From NCBI GenBank assembly GCA_016700415.1, contig CP065018.1:3244420-3308419 (forward strand): a DNA stretch of 64,000 nt, in the 5' to 3' direction. The DNA is from Flavobacteriales bacterium (lineage in GTDB: Bacteria; Bacteroidota; Bacteroidia; Flavobacteriales_F; PHOS-HE28). The notes under the pieces are model-generated. The model was not told the origin of the DNA. It saw only the letters and a list, made by a program, of their open reading frames with translations, and searched no databases. Below, one piece after another: positions 44,109-54,195 of this stretch. The translations under genes were made by a program, and so were the position numbers. How positions within the stretch are numbered: the stretch's first letter is position 1; each line of letters starts with the position of its first letter.

Positions 44109-44903
44109 TCACTTCTGCTCGTTCAAGCTCCAATCGTAGTCCATGTAGCTCAGGTCCGCCTCGGCGTCCAACTTCACCTTACTATACTGGTTGATGAATT
44201 CGATCAACGTGCCGTGCTTCTTGAAATCCCCGCTGAACCAGCTGAAGATCTTGGAGAGTTCCGCCTGGTCCTTGGTGATCTTGTTGTAACGCGGGTTATT
44301 GATGAAATTCCGCGCTTGGTCGTCCAATTGCTCCTGCACGCGCTCTCCGGTGAATGCCTCGTTGCGCAGGGGCGGGCAGCTCATGGAAGCGCAGTTGATA
44401 GCGAAGTGGATCCGCGGTTCCTCGAATTTCCTGCGCAGCACCTTGTTCTCCACATCGTCCAAGCTGTACTCGGTGTCACCGATCTTGAATTTCGTGCCTG
44501 TCCAAACGGTATGCAGCAAGGGCACGCTCAAGGAAGGATCCAGGTCTTTGATGCTCTTCACCGGGTAGTTGTCCACAATGAGCTGCACCGTGAAGGCATT
44601 GTACGTATTGATCCAGAAGGCCAATTCGGCGTTCTTGCTCCACGTGTCCGTGGGGGGCGTGCTGCTCAACAGGTCGCAGTAGGCGTGCAATTTTCCCTTT
44701 TCCTTCACCAAGCCCTTGTAATCCACCATGCCGTCCTTCACATGGGCCTGGAGCAGCACGTTCCAGGTCTTGTGCAGGTCCACGGGCACGCTCGTCTTAG
44801 CCTCGGCACAGGGTGGGCCGTCCATCGGTTCCTCCGGTGCCGAGTTACATGCCAATGCACTGATGAAGGCCAATGCGGTCAGGGGGATGTTCTTCAAGTT
44901 CAT
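44109..44903 (-). CDS. DUF547 domain lipoprotein
   Basis: Lipobox ALAC, LAFWINTYNA, EPRIHFAINCASMSCPPL. Confidence 0.9.
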   Translation of the reverse strand: MNLKNIPLTALAFISALACNSAPEEPMDGPPCAEAKTSVPVDLHKTWNVLLQAHVKDGMVDYKGLVKEKGKLHAYCDLLSSTPPTDTWSKNAELAFWINTYNAFTVQLIVDNYPVKSIKDLDPSLSVPLLHTVWTGTKFKIGDTEYSLDDVENKVLRRKFEEPRIHFAINCASMSCPPLRNEAFTGERVQEQLDDQARNFINNPRYNKITKDQAELSKIFSWFSGDFKKHGTLIEFINQYSKVKLDAEADLSYMDYDWSLNEQK

Positions 44904-45224
44904 TCCGTGTGGAGTTCAATGATCAGTGCATGCTGGCCCGGACCGGACAAAGGGTGTGCCACCGCTATCCGGGCCTGCGGATCTTGTTGGGCTTCCGGAG
45001 ATGTGGTATTTGTCGGAAGAGGACGGGAACCTGACGGTGCGTGCGTGAGGTGTTCATCGCCCTAAAGGGGTTGATGTTCTCTGAAGGCCTGGCCATGCAA
45101 CGGACCTGCTTGTCAGGGATCGTGCGGGCAGGTCGCTCCGTAACGCGCGAACAAGGTGGCTTTGATGTACAAGCCCCGACGGTGGAGACCATCGGGGCTT
45201 GTGCCGGGATCCGAAAATTGCGGC

Positions 45225-46181
45225 TTAGAACACGATCTTCTGCCTGCGGATCCGCGTGCGGTACTTCTTGTTCTTCGAGCGGTATTTGAAAAGCTTATAG
45301 TGTAGCTGTGCTTTCAGAAAGATATAGCCGTCATTGTGGTTCGTGTAGCCCCGTTGTTGGCCGGCAGCCGTTTGGCCGGGGACCTCGCCCAAGCTGGGGT
45401 CCGAGAGATAGGCTGCCATGGGGCCGTGCGCGTCCTCGAGTGCTTGGCGGTCGTAGTATATGCCGCTCACATCGTCGATATAATCGGTGAAGGTCTTCGT
45501 GTATTGGAGTTCCAGACCGATGGTCATAGTCTTGTTCAAGGCCTTGCGGATGCCTATGCCCATGGGGATGCAGAACTGAGTTAGGGAGTATTCGTCCGCT
45601 CCGTCCGGCAGCCCCTGTCCTTCCGTGCCCAGCGGGCGCAATTCCACCCATGCGCCGTCGAACTGGGTCTTCGGATTGAAATGGAAACCGCCCACCCCGG
45701 CGAAGACGTAGAGGCCCATGCGGCTCGGTGCCATGCCTTTTACCCCGCGAAGGTCATACATGTGCCCTGGTTGTTCCTGGAAGGGGTGCCATTCCAAACA
45801 GAGCTGCGCCTCGATGATGTTCGACTTGAAGCTGAGGTTGCGGTTGTGCCTGAACGTCTCCTGGGTGAGGTTGTCGTTTCCGGCCAGTACGCCATAGGTC
45901 CCATTAAAACGCATGGAGACCGCTTTGGCCAGATAGTACCGGTAGCCCAAACTGAGGGCGGGCTTGGTCAGGCTGAACTCCAGGTCCCACACGAAGGGGG
46001 AGCCGATCTGGTTCCGACCGCCGAGTTCGCCAAGGAAATTGGTGACACCTATGCCGACGGTGATCTCTTTCCGGTGGGTCTTCCAGTAGCTGGAATTGCG
46101 GAAATACTGGGCGTTCAGCACATTCGAGAGACCGAAGCATGCCAAGAGGGCCAATAAGGGGAGGGTGTGTTTGGAGCGCAC
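45225..46181 (-). CDS. Outer-membrane beta-barrel protein (DUF6089/PorT-like)
   Basis: GVTNFLGELGG, RNLSFKSNIIE, IPMGIG, KTFTDYIDDVSG. GTG start at 46181 inferred from the signal peptide. Confidence 0.8.
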   Translation of the reverse strand: MRSKHTLPLLALLACFGLSNVLNAQYFRNSSYWKTHRKEITVGIGVTNFLGELGGRNQIGSPFVWDLEFSLTKPALSLGYRYYLAKAVSMRFNGTYGVLAGNDNLTQETFRHNRNLSFKSNIIEAQLCLEWHPFQEQPGHMYDLRGVKGMAPSRMGLYVFAGVGGFHFNPKTQFDGAWVELRPLGTEGQGLPDGADEYSLTQFCIPMGIGIRKALNKTMTIGLELQYTKTFTDYIDDVSGIYYDRQALEDAHGPMAAYLSDPSLGEVPGQTAAGQQRGYTNHNDGYIFLKAQLHYKLFKYRSKNKKYRTRIRRQKIVF

Positions 46182-46281
46182 TTCCGTTTCGATCTGTGCC
46201 AAATATAGAGGAAGGAGACAACTACGGGCCACTTCGTGGCACAATCCTTTAACGAAGCACCTGTGGAGGGGTTGCCTCGTG

Positions 46282-46827
46282 TTAGAGTGTTTTTCCGTTA
46301 AATACGGCCCATGCCGCCACGATCCCGGCGCATACGGACACGTTCAGACTGTGTTTTGTCCCGCCCTGTGGTACCACGATCGCTCCGTCACAGGCGGCCA
46401 CCACGGCCTCGCTCACCCCGTGCAGCTCGTTGCCGAGCACCAAGGCCAACCCTTTTTCCGGGTCCGGGGCCCATTGGGTGATCGCCATTGCATGCTCGGT
46501 CTGCTCCACCGCCCATACCTCCCAGCCTTCCGCCTGCAGCTTATGCACCGCGTCCAACGCCGAGGTATGGTGTACCCAGGGCACGGAGAGCGTGGCCCCC
46601 AGCGCCGTCTTCTCGATCTCCCGGTGGGGCGGCAGCGGCGTGAAGCCGCACAAGTCCAACCCCTCCAGTGCGAAAGCATCAGCTGTACGGAAGATGGAAC
46701 CGGTGTTGTGGCGGCTCCGTACATCGTCCAGGATAAAGCGCAACCGCCGCTTGGCCATAGCCTTGTATCCCTCAGCATCCATCCGCCCGAGTTCATCCAT
46801 GGTCAGTTTGCGGTCAGGCTGCGACAT
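46282..46827 (-). CDS. TrmH/SpoU family RNA methyltransferase
   Basis: LDDVRSRHNTGSIFRTADA, LVLGNELHGVS, KHSLNVSV. Confidence 0.92.
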   Translation of the reverse strand: MSQPDRKLTMDELGRMDAEGYKAMAKRRLRFILDDVRSRHNTGSIFRTADAFALEGLDLCGFTPLPPHREIEKTALGATLSVPWVHHTSALDAVHKLQAEGWEVWAVEQTEHAMAITQWAPDPEKGLALVLGNELHGVSEAVVAACDGAIVVPQGGTKHSLNVSVCAGIVAAWAVFNGKTL

Positions 46828-46831
46828 ATTT

Positions 46832-47084
46832 GTGAAAGCTGAAAAGATGAAAGCTGAAAGTTGAAAACGTGACGGCGAGGTTGCGGCCAAATGAAAGGGG
46901 AAAAGTTGAAAGCGGGAGCGACAGTGTTATAGTAGGCAGTATGCAGTGGCAGTTGGCAGTCGGCAGGGTGCGTCGGCAGTACTCGGTACTCAATACCCTG
47001 TACCCTGTACCAGAAACTCCGATCATCGATCACTACTAAATTCAGATCCGCGTGGATCAGCTCCTTCAGCGTCATCCGCGTTCC
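46832..47084. repeat. Mosaic of short-period tandem repeats in the trmH-mutS divergent spacer
   Basis: TGAAAGC units (46832-46914), GGCAGT units (46935-46980), GTACTC/GTACCC units (46979-47012), and a 39-bp unit (47046-47084) repeated at 53187-53225. Confidence 0.7.
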
Positions 47085-47139
47085 ATTCGGAAAAGATTAA
47101 ATTTCGGGCTGCCCGAACGGTATTGCGAACTTCGCGCCG

Positions 47140-49803
47140 ATGACCAAAGCCTCTCCCGCCGAAACACCCTTGATGAAGCAGTACATGCGCATCAAGGCGC
47201 AATACCCGGACGCCCTCCTGCTGTTCCGTGTCGGCGATTTCTATGAGACCTTCCTGCAGGACGCCATCACCGCCGCCAGCGTGCTCGGCATCACGCTCAC
47301 CCAGCGCAACAACGGCACGGGTACCATCGAGCTGGCGGGCTTCCCGCACCATTCCTTGGACAATTACCTGCCGAAGCTGGTGCGGGCCGGCCATCGCGTG
47401 GCCATCTGCGACCAGTTGGAAGATCCCAAACTGACCAAGACCATCGTGAAGCGCGGCGTCACCGAGGTGGCCACGCCGGGTGTCTCCTTCGCCGAAGGAG
47501 TGGTGGACGGTCGCAGCAACAACTGGCTGGCTGCGATCTGCGGCGAAGGCGAACGCTACGGTGTCGCCTTCCTGGACGTCACCACCGGCGAGTTCATCGC
47601 CGGGGAAGGCGACAGCAAGACCATGGCCAAGGCGATCGAGAGCCATGCGCCCGGTGAACTGCTCTTCCCGCGCGGGGCGAAGCAGCCCTTGGTCGCTGAG
47701 GAATCCGGGCGCTGGCGCAGCTTTGCGTTGGAGCCATGGGCCTTCACGGACGACTTCGCGCGCGAGCGTCTTTTACGCCAGTTTGACACCGCCGGGCTGA
47801 AGGGCTTCGGCATCGAGGAACTGCCCTTGGCCCAGCGCGCCGCCGGTGCCGTGCTGCATTACCTCGGTGAAACGCACCACGACCGCCTCGGCCACGTGCG
47901 GCGCATCGCCAAACTGGCGAACGACGGCCATGTCTGGCTGGACCGCTTCACCGTGCGCAACTTGGAGCTGGTGGCCCCGGTGAACGAGGGCGGCCACACG
48001 CTGCTGGCCGCCATGGACCGCTGTGAAACACCCATGGGCGCGCGTCTGCTGCGGCGTTGGCTGCTCTTTCCGCTGGTGGATGAGAAGGCTATCGGGGAGC
48101 GTTTGGACCACGTACAGGCGCTGTTGGAAGCATCGGTCTTACGGGATGCCATCGGCGACGACCTCCGTGCGGTGGGCGACTTGGAACGCTTGGCCGCGAA
48201 GGCCGCCGTGGGCCGCATCAATCCCCGGGAGCTGCTCCAGATGGCCCGTGCCATTCAGGCCGCCGAGCGGGTGCGCGGTGCTTTGGACAAGGCAGGCGGC
48301 ATTCTAGCGGCTACTGCAAAAGGGTGGATGGTGCCATTGGAAATCGCGGAGCACATCAGCGCGAGCATCGAGCCGGAAACGCCCGTGAACATCCAGAAAG
48401 GCGGCGTGATCCGCACCGGCGTGGATGCCGACCTGGATGAATTGCGCCACGTGACCACCCACGCCAAGGAACTCCTGATGGAAGTCCAGCGCCGCGAGGT
48501 GGAGCGCACCGGCATCACTTCGCTGAAGGTGGGCTACAACAACGTCTTCGGCTATTACTTGGAAGTGCGCCACACACACCGGGACAAGGTGCCACCGGAA
48601 TGGGTGCGCAAGCAGACCCTCACCGGTGCCGAGCGCTACATCACCGACGAGCTGAAGGCTTTGGAGGAGCGCATCCTCAGCGCCGAGGAACGCATCCTCG
48701 CCCTCGAGGGGCAACTCTATGGGACGGTGGTGGAGCGTGTGTGCAAAGGCATCGGGGAGGTGCAGGCCATCGGTACGGCCATTGCCCGGGTCGATGTCCT
48801 GCGCGGCTTCGCTATCAATGCCGCCACGTGGAAATATGCCCGACCGGTGATCTCCCAAGATGCTGTACTGCGCATCCGTGATGGCCGTCATCCCGTGATC
48901 GAGCAGCAGCTTCCGCCCGGCGAACCGTACGTGGCCAACGACCTCACGCTGGACCCGGAGAACGCCCAACTGCTGGTGATCACCGGCCCCAACATGAGCG
49001 GTAAGTCGGCGCTATTGCGGCAAACGGCCCTCATCGTGCTGATGGCCCAGTGCGGCAGCTTCGTCCCGGCGCGCGAGGCCAACATCGGCATCATCGACCG
49101 CGTCTTCACCCGCGTGGGTGCCAGCGACAACCTCACCACGGGGGAAAGCACCTTCATGGTGGAGATGAACGAGACCGCCAGCATCCTCAACAACCTCAGT
49201 GCGCGCAGCCTGCTGCTGATGGACGAGATAGGCCGCGGCACCAGCACTTACGACGGCATCTCCATCGCGTGGTCCATCGCCGAGTTCCTGCACGAGCATC
49301 CCATGCGGCCCAAGACGCTCTTCGCCACGCACTACCATGAGATGAACGACATGGCGGAGACCTTCCCGCGCATCCGCAACGCCAACGTGGCCGTGCGTGA
49401 GGCCGATGGCAAGGTGCTCTTCTTGCGGAAACTCGTCCCCGGCGGCAGCGACCGCAGTTTCGGGATCCACGTGGCCCGCATGGCCGGCATGCCGGAGCAA
49501 GTGGTGAAGCGCGCGGAAAAAGTGCTGCACCATTTGGAACAGACCCATTCAGGAGACCTCGGCGAAGACCTGCCCGGTGAGAAAAAGGAAGCAGGCCCCG
49601 CAGTGCCCAAGCCCGCCACCGCCAGCCTTGGCCGCGAGCCGCAGCTCAGCTTCTTCCAGCTCGACGACCCTGCGCTCGAAGGCATCCGCGACGAGCTGGA
49701 GGCCCTCGACATCAATACACTGACGCCTGTTGAAGCACTGATGAAGTTGAATGAGATCAAGCGGATGGCAGGAGCGGGCCGATCAAGGCTGAAGAAGGCA
49801 TGA
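47140..49803 (+). CDS. mutS: DNA mismatch repair protein MutS
   Basis: TPLMKQY...LLFRVGDFYETF, ITGPNMSGKS, STFMVEM, MDEIGRGTSTYDG, FATHYHE, SFGIHVARMAG. Confidence 0.97.
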   Translation: MTKASPAETPLMKQYMRIKAQYPDALLLFRVGDFYETFLQDAITAASVLGITLTQRNNGTGTIELAGFPHHSLDNYLPKLVRAGHRVAICDQLEDPKLTKTIVKRGVTEVATPGVSFAEGVVDGRSNNWLAAICGEGERYGVAFLDVTTGEFIAGEGDSKTMAKAIESHAPGELLFPRGAKQPLVAEESGRWRSFALEPWAFTDDFARERLLRQFDTAGLKGFGIEELPLAQRAAGAVLHYLGETHHDRLGHVRRIAKLANDGHVWLDRFTVRNLELVAPVNEGGHTLLAAMDRCETPMGARLLRRWLLFPLVDEKAIGERLDHVQALLEASVLRDAIGDDLRAVGDLERLAAKAAVGRINPRELLQMARAIQAAERVRGALDKAGGILAATAKGWMVPLEIAEHISASIEPETPVNIQKGGVIRTGVDADLDELRHVTTHAKELLMEVQRREVERTGITSLKVGYNNVFGYYLEVRHTHRDKVPPEWVRKQTLTGAERYITDELKALEERILSAEERILALEGQLYGTVVERVCKGIGEVQAIGTAIARVDVLRGFAINAATWKYARPVISQDAVLRIRDGRHPVIEQQLPPGEPYVANDLTLDPENAQLLVITGPNMSGKSALLRQTALIVLMAQCGSFVPAREANIGIIDRVFTRVGASDNLTTGESTFMVEMNETASILNNLSARSLLLMDEIGRGTSTYDGISIAWSIAEFLHEHPMRPKTLFATHYHEMNDMAETFPRIRNANVAVREADGKVLFLRKLVPGGSDRSFGIHVARMAGMPEQVVKRAEKVLHHLEQTHSGDLGEDLPGEKKEAGPAVPKPATASLGREPQLSFFQLDDPALEGIRDELEALDINTLTPVEALMKLNEIKRMAGAGRSRLKKA

Positions 49804-52790
49804 AGCCCGAAGTGCCGGGCACACCGACCTCCGCGGACCGCTGGGCGGAGCGCTGGGGCTGGGCGATCATCGCGGCGGCGGTGCTGTTGGTCTATTGGCC
49901 GTTGAGCACCTTCAGCTACGGCATGGTGCAGGGCGATACGCTCGATTGTTGGATGCCGTGGCGCTGGTTCATCGCCTCGGCCTTGCAGGACGGCCACTTC
50001 CCGCTCTGGGACCCCTTCGCGCAATCCGGCTATCCGATCTATGCAGACCTACAAGGCCCCGCGTGGTACCCGATGTCCATCGTGCTGGGCGGCACCATCG
50101 GCCACACGCTTTACACCTTGCAGGCGCTCTTCCTCGGCTACGTCATCGTGGGCGGCATCGGGATGATGCGCTTGGTCCGCCGGATCGGAAGTGATGCGCG
50201 GATCGCCTTGGTCATCGGCCTGGCCTATGCGCTGAGCGGCTTCTTCACCGCGCACGAAATGCACTTCTACGCGGTGATCAGTGCGGCCCTGCTGCCGTGG
50301 CTGATCAGCGCACAACTGCGGCTGATCGAGCGGCCTTCGTGGCGACCGGCGGTGGAGGCGGCCATCTTCCAGGGCCTGCTGCTCACGGGCGGAAACCACA
50401 CTTTTACCCTCATCGGCACATGGCTGCTGCTGGCACTGATCATCGTGTATGCGGTGCGCGCATGGCGCAAGAGCGACCGCGCCTTCGTCTTCCGGTTGTT
50501 GCGTTACGAGGTCCTGTTCGCCGTGCTCACCTTGGTCATGGCCGTCGGTACGATCTACGCGTATGTGGAGGTATCTCCTTATTTGGCGCGGTCCGCGGGC
50601 ATGACCTACAGCGATGCCGCGGTGAACCCCTTCACTTGGCACGCGGCCTGGTCCTACTTCTTCCCTTATGCTGTGGGCACCGATGCGGCCTGGCTCGGCA
50701 CCGATCCCACCATGGCGAACGGCTATGTGGGCGTGCTGGTGCTGCTGTTCACGGTGCTGGCCGTTTTCCGCAGGCGCACCGTGGTGGAAAATGTGATCGC
50801 CGTCTTCGGGATCCTTTGCCTGTTGGCCTCCTTCGGTGCTGCGCTTCCGGTACATCGGGTCCTCTGGTCCGTGGTGCCGGGCTTGGACCTGTTCCGCTTC
50901 CCCAGCTATTACCAATGGTTCACCGCTTTGGCCGCTGCGGTGCTGGCAGCGGGCACCCTTTCCCAATGGCCCGCGTTGATGGCCAAGCGGCCGCGCGTGT
51001 TGAAAGGCGCGATCGGTATCGCTATTCTGATCGTCGGGGCAGCGCTGGTGCGGGCCTGGATGATGCATACGAGCGAGCCGCCGTTCGGGCAGGGCGATAC
51101 GGTTTACGAGCAAATGACCGGCCTCTGGCGCTGGCACCGGGTGCTCCTCGCGGCTCCGGTGTCCTTGCTCGCGCTGATCGGGCTGTGGTGGTGGGCCACG
51201 GCGAAAAAGCGCCGCTGGTGGCCGTTGCTCCTCCTGGTCTTTATTGAGATGGGCTGGGCTACCACGCTCGCCCAATGGAACACCGCCCTCGGCGACTATT
51301 CCCCCGCGATGCTCCAAGGCCGCATCGATGAGCAGCCCAAGGGGCCCGTATGGCCGGAATTGGTGCCGATGGGCAACAACACCGACGGCTCCGCCACGCT
51401 GAAGTACATCTGGAAGAACGTCCAGAATTTCGAAGGAAAGCCCTCGCACGACGGCTTCAATTCCTTCTGGCTGAAGGATGCGAACCGGATCGCGGCGGAG
51501 GAGCCGGGCCTGTTCGCCGCCATGAAGCTCCAACCCTTGGTCTACCTCACGGACAGCGTGGTGCAGGCGGGGCAGTACGATCCCGCAACGGTGGATCCCG
51601 CCAACGACAGCGCACTGGTGGTGCTGGCGGAAGGGGAAGAGGTGAAGGAAGTACTGCGCCATATGCCAAGCGACTTGGTGCAGGTCACCGGCTTCGACCA
51701 CGATGGCATTTCACTGCACGTGAAGACCGCCCATCCCACCTTCGCCATGCTGCAACAAGCCTGGTACCCGGGCTGGACGGCCACTGTGGACGGTGTGCCT
51801 GCCGATATCCTCCGGGCCAACATCGCCTTCTTCGGCATCGTGCTCCCGGCCGGGGAACACGAGCTGCAGTTCCGGTTCGAAAAGCCGGTGGTGCCATGGC
51901 TGCTGGGCATTTCGCTGCTTGTATTCCTCGGGTCGTGCTTTCTCCTGGCCTTCACACGCCCCGCGTCCCTTTCCTCCATCATGCTCAAGGTCGCTTTAGT
52001 GCTGCTGACCTTGACCATCGGCTGGGCGCTTTTCGCACACCGCCCCAAGGCGGAACGGCTTCCCAGGGCTGTTGAAAGCCTACTGCACCAGATCGATGTA
52101 ACCAGCCAAAAGGCTCTGCCCATCGTGATCAACACCGGAAGATACCCTGCGCTCGAACAGCTATTTCAGTGGCGCGAGACACATGCACTGCGCGCCGAAA
52201 ATGCGCAGCGCGCCGGGAAGGTTCTCCGCCACGTGCAACGATACGCGAACACGCCGTTCTGGTGGATGGACGCGGGCCTGCCTGTGGCTCCGGCAGTGAG
52301 GGCCGCGTTGTTGCAACATCTTCAGGTGGACACCGTGTTGCGTGCAGATGGTTTCGACGCCGTGCTGCTGTTGCCCGCTGAAGGAGCGCTGGATGCCACC
52401 CCGCTTCACGACGGTTCCAAGGAAGGTGGCGAATGGCTGGACCAAGCCTCTCCATGGACCGCGGCCTATCGTGTGCCGACCTCCGAACTGTTGGCCCTTG
52501 CTCCGGGCTCGCTGGTGGTGCAGGTGGCCTACCGGTCCCAAGGAGCGTCGGAACCCTCCATCGTCATCGAGCGGCGCCGGGGCGACCGCATCACCGATTA
52601 CGAGAGCTTTCCCCTTCCGCACGGCGGCACCGCCGATAGCCTCCTCACCGCCTGCGTGGTGCGCAACCTGCGGGAACTGCGTCATGCCGACGAGGTAGTG
52701 GGCGTCTACGTTTGGAACAACGGTCCGGACAGCGTTCAGGTACGGGAATTCAAAGTGGAACGCACCGGCCGCGACCTCTCCCGGTGGTGA
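49800..52790 (+). CDS. YfhO-family multi-TM (GT-C-like) glycosyltransferase
   Basis: PLWDPFAQSGYPIYAD, many TM helices, QAWYPGWTATVDG...LPAGEHELQFRF. Confidence 0.85.
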   Translation: MKPEVPGTPTSADRWAERWGWAIIAAAVLLVYWPLSTFSYGMVQGDTLDCWMPWRWFIASALQDGHFPLWDPFAQSGYPIYADLQGPAWYPMSIVLGGTIGHTLYTLQALFLGYVIVGGIGMMRLVRRIGSDARIALVIGLAYALSGFFTAHEMHFYAVISAALLPWLISAQLRLIERPSWRPAVEAAIFQGLLLTGGNHTFTLIGTWLLLALIIVYAVRAWRKSDRAFVFRLLRYEVLFAVLTLVMAVGTIYAYVEVSPYLARSAGMTYSDAAVNPFTWHAAWSYFFPYAVGTDAAWLGTDPTMANGYVGVLVLLFTVLAVFRRRTVVENVIAVFGILCLLASFGAALPVHRVLWSVVPGLDLFRFPSYYQWFTALAAAVLAAGTLSQWPALMAKRPRVLKGAIGIAILIVGAALVRAWMMHTSEPPFGQGDTVYEQMTGLWRWHRVLLAAPVSLLALIGLWWWATAKKRRWWPLLLLVFIEMGWATTLAQWNTALGDYSPAMLQGRIDEQPKGPVWPELVPMGNNTDGSATLKYIWKNVQNFEGKPSHDGFNSFWLKDANRIAAEEPGLFAAMKLQPLVYLTDSVVQAGQYDPATVDPANDSALVVLAEGEEVKEVLRHMPSDLVQVTGFDHDGISLHVKTAHPTFAMLQQAWYPGWTATVDGVPADILRANIAFFGIVLPAGEHELQFRFEKPVVPWLLGISLLVFLGSCFLLAFTRPASLSSIMLKVALVLLTLTIGWALFAHRPKAERLPRAVESLLHQIDVTSQKALPIVINTGRYPALEQLFQWRETHALRAENAQRAGKVLRHVQRYANTPFWWMDAGLPVAPAVRAALLQHLQVDTVLRADGFDAVLLLPAEGALDATPLHDGSKEGGEWLDQASPWTAAYRVPTSELLALAPGSLVVQVAYRSQGASEPSIVIERRRGDRITDYESFPLPHGGTADSLLTACVVRNLRELRHADEVVGVYVWNNGPDSVQVREFKVERTGRDLSRW

Positions 52791-52815
52791 ATTTGCGGGC
52801 GTCAATTACCCGCTG

Positions 52816-52845
52816 TTGCACCGATCATTAAGACCGTTATATTTG
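52816..52845 (+). promoter_or_regulatory. Bacteroidota housekeeping promoter for tRNA-Gly
   Basis: TTG (52816-52818), 19-nt spacer, TATATTTG (52838-52845). Confidence 0.65.
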
Positions 52846-52855
52846 CAGCCCTCAA

Positions 52856-52928
<73 letters not shown>

Positions 52929-52929
52929 C

Positions 52930-52963
52930 AAAAGTGCCCTTCATTTCGGAGGGCATTTTTTTT
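52930..52963 (+). terminator. Intrinsic terminator after tRNA-Gly
   Basis: aaaagtgccct...agggcatttttttt hairpin with T-tract. Confidence 0.8.
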
Positions 52964-52982
52964 GCTTAGCTGCGAACGCAGT

Positions 52983-53062
52983 ATCGCGGGCCTGCCTACC
53001 GCAGGTAGGTTCGAGTCCCGTTTCTCGCTCAAAATGCCTTCCTCCACGGGGAGGCATTTTTG
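52983..53062 (+). repeat. Duplicated tRNA-Gly 3' end plus terminator, with a short palindrome inserted
   Basis: 53008-53034 is identical to 52907-52933 (27 bp). It is preceded by tcgcggg and cctgcctaccgcaggta and followed by the hairpin atgccttcc...gggaggcatttt. Confidence 0.8.
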
Positions 53063-53122
53063 TTTTAGGGCTTGCGGTGGCGGTAAGCGCGATGCATGCG
53101 CTCACCCGAACACCAAAAGCAT

Positions 53123-53225
53123 TTCTCTGCGTCTCCGCGCCTCTGCGTCCAATTACCGATCACCATTCACCGATCACCATACCTCTATCAGCGGAGATCC
53201 GCCCTTTCAGCGTTATCTGCGTTCC
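53123..53225. repeat. Cluster of degenerate short repeats between the tRNAs
   Basis: ttctctgcgtctccgcgcctctgcgtc, ccgatcaccattcaccgatcaccat, and a 39-bp unit similar to 47046-47084. Confidence 0.6.
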
Positions 53226-53270
53226 AACCTGCATTCCATCCTCCACGATTGCGTTCATTTGCACACCCCC

Positions 53271-53355
53271 GCCCGGGTGGTGAAATGGTATACACGAGGG
53301 ACTTAAAATCCCTTGGTCCGTAAGGGCCGTGCGGGTTCAAGTCCCGCCCCGGGCA
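53271..53355 (+). tRNA. tRNA-Leu (TAA)
   Basis: GCCCGGG/CCCGGGC acceptor stem, anticodon loop CTTAAAA, long variable arm, GGTTCAAGTCC T-arm. Confidence 0.95.
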
Positions 53356-53362
53356 CTCTTCG

Positions 53363-54184
53363 ATGCACACCCGTATCGCCCCAACCCCCAGCGGCTACCT
53401 CCACGCGGGCAACGGCGCGGCCTTCGTGCTGGCGTGGAAGCTGGCACGGGAAGCGGGCGGAAAGCTCCTCCTGCGCATCGACGACCTGGATGCCGAGCGC
53501 GTGCGGCCGGAGTACGTGGAGGACATCTTCGAGACCTTGCATTGGTTGGGCGTGGACTGGGATGAAGGTCCTGGGAATGCGGCGGAACTGAAGAGCAGAT
53601 GGTCGCAGCATTTTCGCATGGCGCGGTACATGGAGTTGGTGGATCAGCTTCGCGAAGGCGGTCATCTGTATGCCTGCGCCTGTTCCCGGAAGGAGATCCA
53701 GGACCGCACCGGCTCCGGCGACTATGATGGCCATTGTCGCACGCTGGGTCTGCCCTTCGATCATCCGGACTGCTCGTGGCGGTTGATGTTGCCCAACACC
53801 GGCAAGGTGGTTTGGCATACTTGGCCGGACGGGAAGCCACATGAAGCTGCATTGAATATGCCCGACCCGGTTATCCGGCAGCGTAACGGCCGACCCGCCT
53901 ACCAGATCGCCTCCTTGGCGGATGATGTCCGCTTCGGCATCGACATGATCGTAAGGGGCGAGGACCTGCTGGCTTCCACGGCGGTACAACTGCACTTGGC
54001 CGGTCTGCTCGGCCTGGAAGCGTTCCACAAAGCGTTCTTTCTACACCATTCTTTGGTCTTGGACCCACACGGAGCGAAACGCTCAAAATCCCATGGGGCG
54101 GATTCCTTGTGGGCGGCGCGGAAGGCGGGTGAGGACCCGATGGAAATTCACCGGTTGGCTGACGAACTTCTGCGGGTAGGTTGA
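53363..54184 (+). CDS. gluQ: Glutamyl-Q tRNA(Asp) synthetase-like protein (GluRS catalytic domain only)
   Basis: TRIAPTPSGYLHAGN HIGH motif, LLRIDDLD, CACSR...YDGHC Zn motif, IVRGEDL, KRSKS. No anticodon domain. Confidence 0.75.
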   Translation: MHTRIAPTPSGYLHAGNGAAFVLAWKLAREAGGKLLLRIDDLDAERVRPEYVEDIFETLHWLGVDWDEGPGNAAELKSRWSQHFRMARYMELVDQLREGGHLYACACSRKEIQDRTGSGDYDGHCRTLGLPFDHPDCSWRLMLPNTGKVVWHTWPDGKPHEAALNMPDPVIRQRNGRPAYQIASLADDVRFGIDMIVRGEDLLASTAVQLHLAGLLGLEAFHKAFFLHHSLVLDPHGAKRSKSHGADSLWAARKAGEDPMEIHRLADELLRVG

Positions 54185-54195
54185 CATCTTTGTAA

